DNA from: Fibrobacter sp.
GTDB taxonomy: Bacteria > Fibrobacterota > Fibrobacteria > Fibrobacterales > Fibrobacteraceae
Direction: 5' to 3'
DNA length: 64,000 bases
Assembly (NCBI GenBank): GCA_017503015.1
Contig: JAFVTX010000031.1
Coordinates: 14,022-78,021, forward strand
The notes under the pieces were generated by a model. It did not search any database, had not been told where the DNA came from, and saw only the letters and a program-made list of their open reading frames with translations. The position numbers were made by a program, and so were the translations under genes. This document shows positions 35,506-44,000 of the stretch, piece by piece; the first letter of the stretch is position 1; every line of letters begins with the position of its first letter.

Positions 35506-35553
35506 ATGCACACAACGCGCCAATTCCTTTATTCTAAAGGGAAAATACATACA

Positions 35554-35661
35554 AGCTATTTTAAGCTGGACGGGAAACTGGGTTTCCGGGCTTAGGGAGG
35601 TGTGCCCACCCAGTTTTTGGTCGTAGGGTGATTTTGAATAGGGAACTGTATATGCAGAGCA
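35554..35661. repeat. Inner inverted repeat, right copy (leader plus first 3 codons of the right cassette)
   Basis: agctattttaagctggacgggaaactgggtttccgggcttagggaggtgtgcccacccagtttttggtcgtagggtgattttgaatagggaactgtatatgcagagca. Confidence 0.9.
35572..35618 (+). promoter_or_regulatory. Leader hairpin followed by a T-run (possible attenuator) in the right cassette 5' leader
   Basis: gggaaactggg ... cccagttttt arms enclose an inner gggc/gccc stem. Competing small palindrome ggaaactgggtttcc (35573-35587). Confidence 0.45.
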
Positions 35662-36188
35662 CATCGCATAAAAAGGCAGGCTTTACGCTAGTGGAAATGC
35701 TGGCGGTTATTTCCATTATGGGTATCCTTGCTGGCATGGGGGTTGTCGGTTTCCAAACCGCCGTGGCGCACGCCCGCACTAAAGACGCCGCCCTCAATGT
35801 GGCTGCCTTCTTGGAGCGCACGGCCAACGAGGCCCGCAAGTTGAACACCTCCCTGTGTATCCGCAATGACGGCACCAGCAAGCTGGTGGTCTACAAGTCC
35901 GCCTGCAATGCCGGTACCATGGGCGATGCTGTGGACCAGCTGGTTCTGGAAAGTCAGGTTACAGTTGTTGTTAGCGATGTGGATGATGTTGGCGGTGGCG
36001 GAATCAACTTAATCACTTCGACAGACGCCAAAGCCACGTTCAAACCGCGCCTGGGGCTTTCATCGGCACCCTATGAAGGGTATGTAGTCGTGAAGTACGG
36101 CAGTGAACGCGGAGCGGCGGTCAAGGAAAAGACAAAGAATTCGTTCAAACCCAAGTGGAGCCCTTCGGGGTCCTGGTCGGATTTGTAG
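35652..36188 (+). CDS. GspH/FimT-FimU-like minor pilin, right cassette
   Basis: MQSTSHKKAG|FTLVEMLAVISIMGIL...ALNVAAFLERTANEARK. Paralog of 31883-32422. Confidence 0.7.
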   Translation: MQSTSHKKAGFTLVEMLAVISIMGILAGMGVVGFQTAVAHARTKDAALNVAAFLERTANEARKLNTSLCIRNDGTSKLVVYKSACNAGTMGDAVDQLVLESQVTVVVSDVDDVGGGGINLITSTDAKATFKPRLGLSSAPYEGYVVVKYGSERGAAVKEKTKNSFKPKWSPSGSWSDL

Positions 36189-36198
36189 GGGGCCTACG

Positions 36199-36705
36199 AT
36201 GCACGTGCAGAATGACATAAAGCAATCCCGCAAGCGTGGCTTCGGCATCATGGAAGTCATGGTGGCGGCTTTGGTGCTTGGCCTCTTGTATGCTGCAATC
36301 TGCCAGCTACAGAAAGGTAACCGCGATGCGTTGCTGCGCATCCGTGGACGCGACGGCGCTACTGAGGTGGCTCAGAATGTGATTGACGATTTGAGCTCTA
36401 AGGGACTTGCAAGTTTTGCAGACATGAACCTCACCGAAAACGGTGACGGGACCTATAGCCTCGAGCCACAGACAATTGTCAGGGAGTGGAAAGGTCAACC
36501 GGGAACAGTACCTTATACCATAAGCATCGATTATACGGTCAATGTGAAAGTCTCTGGTGACGACGAATACAAGGCAAACACAGGGAGCCTTCTTTTGGGA
36601 GCAAACAGCGTCTCCCACATTTATGCCAAACGGGTGGACGTCACAGTTAGCTGGCTCTACAAGGGGTCCACCCAGTCCATCTCTGTCTCGGGGGTAATCA
36701 GATGA
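36199..36705 (+). CDS. PilV/GspI-like minor pilin, right cassette
   Basis: MHVQNDIKQSRKRG|FGIMEVMVAALVLGLLY. Closely similar to 31363-31872 along its whole length. Confidence 0.7.
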   Translation: MHVQNDIKQSRKRGFGIMEVMVAALVLGLLYAAICQLQKGNRDALLRIRGRDGATEVAQNVIDDLSSKGLASFADMNLTENGDGTYSLEPQTIVREWKGQPGTVPYTISIDYTVNVKVSGDDEYKANTGSLLLGANSVSHIYAKRVDVTVSWLYKGSTQSISVSGVIR

Positions 36706-38072
36706 TTAGACGAGAAAAAGCCGGTTTCACCCTCATGGAACTGATGGTCTACATGGCCATTTTGGGCATTATCGTTATTGTGGCTGGCCGTGCCTTTAGC
36801 GACTCCACTAAATTCCGCATACGTACCCAGAACATACTCAAAGCTACCCAGGAGGTTGAAAATGTGGCGACGCTGTTCAAGTCAGATGTGGCTCAGATGG
36901 GAGCGAAGAGCTCAAAAGAAGCAACCGTAGCTGGAGGAAATGACTCTTTTGAAAAAATCACAAACTGCACTTCCACTGCAGATTGCATTTACATGGACCC
37001 CAACAACGCTTCAGCGAACAATAAGGATTCTTCTTCTTTTGCAATCACAAGCAAGGAAAAGAATAAATATGACAGCATTGCGTTATTGCGCATTCGCTAC
37101 GATGAACAGGGAAAATACCAAGCGCTAGAAAAAGTGGAGTGGTACGTAGAGGATGAAGTTTTGAAACGAAGCTGCCGACTAATGCAAAAGATAAGCAGCC
37201 TTAATGTAACCGACGACCCATGTTCCAATGGGCCAAATTCAACACCTACACCTGTTGAAATGGCGACAGGTGTAAAAAAATTTACTGTCATTCCGGGATT
37301 GCCAAATATCCGCAGCAACGCTGCCGCAGGCTATACAGAAGAACAACTGTTTCCTCCTGGAGGGGGTGAATCCTTTAAATTTCTTTCTCGCTATGGTGAG
37401 ACAGACTATATCATACTTTCCATTCTGGATAATGGAACTTCGTCTACTTTGAGCGGATTCAAGCGAAATTACGACCTTACCGATGCGACAATAACCACAG
37501 AAAGTAAACAAATGAACCAGGTTTTTGCGGCAACAAACGAGGACTTGGAAGGCGATTGGAAGGATCGATGCTACAAGTTTAAGCTAGAGCCGGGAATAGA
37601 GTATGAAATCTCTTTTGATATGCCGTATCCTACATCCGCAAAAGACATGGCACAACTTTTCGTTCCTGGTCGAGACCACATGTCTGTGGGGTTCCGTGAC
37701 ATTAATGGGGATGCACCTGCAACAATTGACGACTTCCTCTTTTATCCGCCAACAAGCAACGAATCCGTTGGTAAGCGAGCTATGCGCTTTACAGTACCAG
37801 ATACACTAAAAAATCAGTGTTTGGCATTCACATTTTCAACTTACTCACCAAAAGCTGCAGAAGGGACAGTCACTATTTCAAATCTAAGGCTTAGGCGAGT
37901 TGCCAGTTCCACCTACAATTTTAATCCATCAGTTAGTTTGCCCATTAAGGACAAGAAAAATGTCAAGGCTTTGAAAATCAATCTGCAGATTGCTCGAGGC
38001 GACAAGAACCCCGGTGAAACAGGTGAAATTGAAGTGGTTATACCAACTCCCAGCAATGGCCCCAGGGACTAG
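36702..38072 (+). CDS. PilW/GspJ-like minor pilin, right cassette
   Basis: MIRREKAG|FTLMELMVYMAILGIIVIVAGRAFSDSTKF. N-terminal ~60 aa and the C-terminal ...VVIPTPSNGPRD are conserved with the left copy; the middle is diverged. Confidence 0.75.
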   Translation: MIRREKAGFTLMELMVYMAILGIIVIVAGRAFSDSTKFRIRTQNILKATQEVENVATLFKSDVAQMGAKSSKEATVAGGNDSFEKITNCTSTADCIYMDPNNASANNKDSSSFAITSKEKNKYDSIALLRIRYDEQGKYQALEKVEWYVEDEVLKRSCRLMQKISSLNVTDDPCSNGPNSTPTPVEMATGVKKFTVIPGLPNIRSNAAAGYTEEQLFPPGGGESFKFLSRYGETDYIILSILDNGTSSTLSGFKRNYDLTDATITTESKQMNQVFAATNEDLEGDWKDRCYKFKLEPGIEYEISFDMPYPTSAKDMAQLFVPGRDHMSVGFRDINGDAPATIDDFLFYPPTSNESVGKRAMRFTVPDTLKNQCLAFTFSTYSPKAAEGTVTISNLRLRRVASSTYNFNPSVSLPIKDKKNVKALKINLQIARGDKNPGETGEIEVVIPTPSNGPRD

Positions 38073-38081
38073 GAGGGAATT

Positions 38082-41000
38082 ATGATGTTCGGAATTCAAA
38101 ATTCAAAAATAGGAACGAAAGCCGGTGTATCCTTAGTTACCGTACTTTTGTTTATGCTGGTAGCCACCATCGCGGCTACTGCTACCTACAAGTGGATTAC
38201 CAGCGAAGGTAAATCTAGCACGAGTCGTATGATAGAACGTGAGGCGTACCAAAGCGCTATTGCGGGTATTGAAAACGCCCGTAGCTGGATGACATATCAT
38301 GCAAACGATGTAGGTGCGTTGATTAAGCAATATAAAGAAAATGGTAGTAAGCCAGTGAAACTGGATGGACAGTTGGCTGAGTTTATGCGTGCGGGACAAA
38401 CTTTTCATGTTTGGCTTACTGGCGTAAATACAGAAAGTTCAACATATAAGTTGAAGATCGTATCACAGGGCATTGCTCGCGATGGCGGAGCAACACATAG
38501 CGAAGTGGCGATTCTTGATGTAAATGGGCTATACCAGGTAAAGATTCCCTCAGTAAAATATACAGGAGAGGCGATATTCAACGAGGCTTTCTTTGGTTCT
38601 GCAAAAAATGGAATCAGTCTAGAAGTGAACTCGGCGATTTTCAATGGCGATACAAAGTTCAACACAAAATTTAATGCATCTGATTACGTTATCGTTACAG
38701 GAAATGTTAACGTTAATAGCAATACGAATGTAGGGGACCTTTATGTTAAAGGAAATTTATGCTCTTGTACAAACCTTAATGTAAGTGGCAACACCTATGT
38801 AGAAAGTAAGATGTACATAAATGGAACACATGTATACAATGGTGACATTTATGCAAAAGGAGGAATAGACCTATCAAAGAAAGGCGCAACGGGGTGTCAG
38901 TGTAACACTGGCTATGGAGGCGATTTTACCGTTGGTGGAAATGTTTCAACAGAGGGGGATCTCGTAATGTCACGGGCAACCTCACCAAATGTAAATACAT
39001 TTGGTGGAAATCTCGTCTTAAAAAATGGTGCAAAAATCGATTTCCCTACTCTTTCGGAGTTCTCGTATAGCACTGCAGGGGGATTGCCGACTCAAACACA
39101 TATTAGCGGGAATGTTTTTCTAGATGGTGGATTTTCAAACGGATGGTTCATGGGATATGCAAGAGCTGGTCAGGTGTCGCTTACCTCCGCAGGAAAAACA
39201 TTTTACTCATCAACCCCAATGTATCGGGTTTCTGACGCAAATCAGAATGTCGTGTATAGTTGGTGGAAAAAAGCAAATAACGAGCATCAAGATACTGATA
39301 TTTCAGGAGACGCAGATGGGCTTTATGCAATCGATAAAGGTGGCCGCAGCTACAAACTGACGGCGGTTCCCAAAAACACTTTTTGCAACAAGTCTAATTG
39401 CCAACCTACAGATGATTTTTCTGACACTTACTTTTGGGACAACGCACATTTTTACTGTCCAAGTTGGGAACAAAAGGGATATTGGGAGGGATTTAACTGG
39501 ATTACGTATAGTGAGCCATCTGGATGTGGAAATTGTTCTTGGTATCAAGAAAAAGCTGGTGTAGGGGACCGGAATGGCTACAGATGGAAATGCGATACAA
39601 AAGGAAAGCAAACAAGCCGAAATGAAATCTTTGTGCAAATCAACGGAACATACTCCGCTACTAAACCGGATACCACCGGCTGGGGAGCAGACAGATTAAT
39701 GGACTATGAGAATAAAATTACTGATGAGAATACGGGGTCGGGATGCGGAACATCAAATCATGTAGCAGATCCTATACAGTTCAATAAGGATCTTCTCACC
39801 CACAACTTGATGCATACGAAAGATAAGCCGATGGAATGTGATGATGCGACGCTTTGGAATTCTTGGCCAAATGATCCCTGGGGTCAGTTGAACTCCTGCT
39901 ATCAGAAAGCGAAGGCGGCCAATAAGCTTTATGACAATCAGTGGCTTTTAATAAATGTCGGCAAGGCGGTTTGGGCAACGGAAAATTCTCATTATCTGCA
40001 AGGCAACTTTATAATTGTGATTGAAGGCGATAATGGCTACGGTTTATATTTGCCACAAACAAGGGCTCAGGCCGATGAGTCCCCTTCCCATGTAATTCTT
40101 TATTTCCCCAATGGATATGACAAAACGCTCAATAGCAAAGCATCCTCTGGCCCAATGAATTATTTTGTCTTCAGCGACGGAGATTTAAAGAATACACAGC
40201 TGGGCGGAACAAAAATCAACGGCTCGGTTTTCCTGACAGATTGCCATAATATGGGAAGCGACCAAACGATTAAAATCGAGTTCAATCCAGACCTTGTCGC
40301 AGCCCTTGAAGGCTCCGGCGTCATCTGTACTAATGATGGTACTGATAAGTGTTCTCCCAACGCAGGTAGCTCATCGTCCGCCGCTTCTTCGGCTTCTTCT
40401 GAAACAATTTCTTTCGGTGGAACAGACAGTTACTATATCTCTACAGCTCCGCAGCTTTCTATCACGCTGGAAAGCCAGTATGCAAACAACGAAAATGTTG
40501 AAAATATTGCTAGCACAGGGGAAGACTCTAAGGGGAGTTTCGTAGTTCTGCCCCGTGTCATCTATTTGCCAACCGACCCACCAGGAAAACTTGAACATTA
40601 CTACAATGTAATTCCGCTTAATTCAAAACAAACTGTGGAATCCCAGTCCATTACTTGTGAGGGCGGAATTCCGACCAGCGGCAAGCTTTACGACGGAACA
40701 ACATCCCTTGTAGAAGGCTACTACACTTGCAATGTGTCAGGAACTGTTTCTGGAGTAAGTTCCACCGTCCCGTTATATGTTGTAGTTCGTGGAACCGATG
40801 CCACCACCCCGAAGGTTACATTTGTTACAGATGATGTAGAATTGCCCAAAGAAGAGGCTACAACAGTTCAATTAACGGTCCCCAATACCACAGGAGCCGC
40901 CCAAACCTTCAAAGTCAAGGTAGCCCGTAGCGGAACAGAGACTGGCTGGACCGTAACGCCTATAAACCCCATCGGAGCGTGCGATGCAAATAGCGAATGT

Positions 41001-44000
41001 ACCTTCCAAGTCAGCACCACTGGCGGTCCAACGAACATTTTTACGGTCACGAATAATTCCGCAAGTTCTGGAATACTTACCTTCCAGATTTTGGACTGCA
41101 TAGAGGGCGGTTGCAATGTAGGCATCCCCAATATTGAGCTCGTCTACATATTTAGTAGCGTCAAAGTCAAAAGGAAAACACTTGCCGAATGGTGTGCCGA
41201 AAATGGGGATGATGCTGATGCAACGAAATGTGCTAAGAAAAATCAACCTGACTGTCCTTTATCAGACGAATGGATTCGTGCAAATGGAACAAATTGTACC
41301 GCAAATCCAATCAACAATGCTTGGGATTGCGACATTACAGATGACATAAGTCTGGAACTCATTAATTCAAATATTCCCGATGGCTGTGAAGCTATAATTC
41401 CAGGAGACAACCTACTAGAAGCACCTTTTGCCAACAAGTCAACAAGGTATCTTTATGCCTCACTCAAGGCAAAGAAAAAAATGTTCCATACAGGGTTCAA
41501 AATACCTTCTGATATTGACCCTGATCAGACAATTCATATTCTTGCAGAACACAACGGAGTTGCTGATGAAGAAAAGGATTGTTCCTATTCTGATTTCACA
41601 AGCAACACGGATGGTGTCCGAGAAGAACACTGTGATATTGATGTTTACTACGGATCGCGTGTAACCCTGAGCCTAAAGAATGACTCCGACCGAGACAATT
41701 TTAACTACTGGCTATGCACCTCTGGTGTAGATTGTCCTAGCGAAAAGATTCCTGTCAACACCTACACTTACTCTATTTCCATCACTGGTGAGAATACGGT
41801 CTACGCACACTATAACGAAAAAGATAAGCATTGTTTCTTTGACGAGTTTAAAGACAAGAAGAATTCTTACGGAAACCGCGCTACCATGGCGTGTGGAACA
41901 GAAAAAGAGTACTGCATTGATGTATGTAATGGCACATGTTCTAACGCAATTACTACTAGTTCTGGTGATGGCGCCATGCCAGATGCAAAATGGAGACTTA
42001 TTGATGGAGACTTGAGCAATATTGAGTTCTCTGGCGATGGGAAAATCAGCCTAAAATCGAACACCACGCGGGGGCGCAAGGAAAACACCAAGGGTTCCGC
42101 TACAATTATGAGTTCCGTGCAGGCAGGCATCTATGGAACACTTAAGGCTCAGTTCCAGGTCCCCCGTGAGGGCGTGAACGAGAATGACGAAGCCAAGTCA
42201 ACAATAAAAAAATCAGGTTTTATGTTACGCTCCAACACCAATGGAAGCAGCTATTTAATGCTGAATATCTTTAGCGACATATCTGGATATCTAAAGGCTA
42301 GAATTTGTTTGAATGGCGGTAATACCTGTAAAGAGAAAAGGATTGGTTCCGCTAGCGCCAATGAGGGTGCCATTGTCACAATTTCTGCGACACTGCAAAA
42401 ACTAGTCAATCCAAGTGATGGAACCTATAAGGACGAACTTGAAATTCGCGCCTATACAAACGCATTTAGCAGCTACTATGAATTCACGACCTTCGATTTA
42501 ACCAATTCAGAACTGAATGGCGTTGAGGATTTGGCAAATCAGACTCATGAATATCTGGGAATGAAGCTTTCTGACCAAAATTTCAAGATTTATGGAATTG
42601 GATGGAAGAGTGACGACTATGTTTCAGAATGCTGGGATGTTTATCCAACAGTTTCATGTTCTTTCAAAGCTGCATACGCAGGCGGCATTGTTCCTCAATC
42701 CACAGCGCTTTCGAGTAAACCCGTTAAGCCATGGGTCGGACTTTCCAGCTGGTTCGAAAATGCTGGTGGATGCACTCGCGTATATTACTACAAGGGAAAC
42801 GACGCCGGTTGTTACGGCAGTGTGACGGGAACCGATGATTACAAGGAATGTACGAATAATTATTATGAATTTACCACAAGTGGCCCCCACGGTGCAACTG
42901 CGGATGGCGATAAAACGGCAAAAGCAGGTGTTAGTGGGTGTACTGTTTATGGAGAGGCTGCCGCCTGGGCGAATAGCGCTGTAGCGGCACACTGTGGTGC
43001 TTTCTGGGTGGGTGAATTTAAGAATTGTAGTCAAAATGTGGCTTTTGGTCATACAGTCGATGGAGCTGACGGTAGTTACTTTGCGCTTGATGCAAATGGA
43101 TCCGGGGCTGCCAATCTTCGAGATGCCGATTTAATCGTCACCCTAGACAATCCCAATGGTGCAGAAGTATCGGTTTATCTATTCAGTAAGAATTCAGAAA
43201 ATGGTTACACCTACGGCAGTGCCCCTGTTTACAGCCAGTCCTATACCACGACTATGCAAGGGACCAATTTCGACATCTCCATAGCCGTATCCAACATCTC
43301 TAATGTGGAGGGATTTGATCCTGAACATGTGGTGGGAGTGTACATAAAGACTGATGACGCAAATGTGAATATCCGTGCGGTACGAAGCAGTTGCGAACAT
43401 GTGTTGAAAATAGCAAGCTGCTCGGCCAGTTGGGATGGAGTAAATCGGAAGTTTAACATTTCTGCCAAAGTGAACAACCATTCCGATGCGGGTAGTTTTA
43501 CAGTTACTGAGAAAAACAGCAACATTACAGGGAGCATTGCAAAGGATTGCAAAAATAGCGAATGCAGCTGGTCGGGAGACAATGCCGAGTTTGAATGGAG
43601 TTACAATGCGTTCGACGATGTTGTCTCTGATCCTTCGGGGTACAGGGATTACTATTTCGTGATAGGCATGAAGGACAAGGAAGGAGGGGATACTGAGGAC
43701 TCCCCCTGCACTACTCCGGCGGTCCGAGTAAGCAAGATTTCTGCCACATGCAGTGTAAATAAGGAATCTGTAGAGAGAGGTACCGGACTACCCGTCTTTA
43801 CCTATTCCATAAGTGGGTGTCCTTCAGATAACACTGGTTGCCCGTATGAAATTAAACTTCAAGATATTGATCAACAACTGATTAGCGCCTCTAGTGGCAA
43901 TTTCAACGGAAAGACAACAGATCCAGAAGCAGCCAACACAAGCGGGAATCCGCTTGATGCGGGAACCTACAAATTTGTCATGAAAAGTACCAATGCCAAC

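Noticed and set aside
33611-35553. Integrated prophage or ICE carrying the tyrosine recombinase
   Set aside because: No phage structural, replication, excisionase or conjugation genes are adjacent. I recognised no tRNA-like cloverleaf at the borders, though I could not run tRNAscan. The flanking repeats are inverted rather than direct, which fits an invertible segment better than an att-bounded island.
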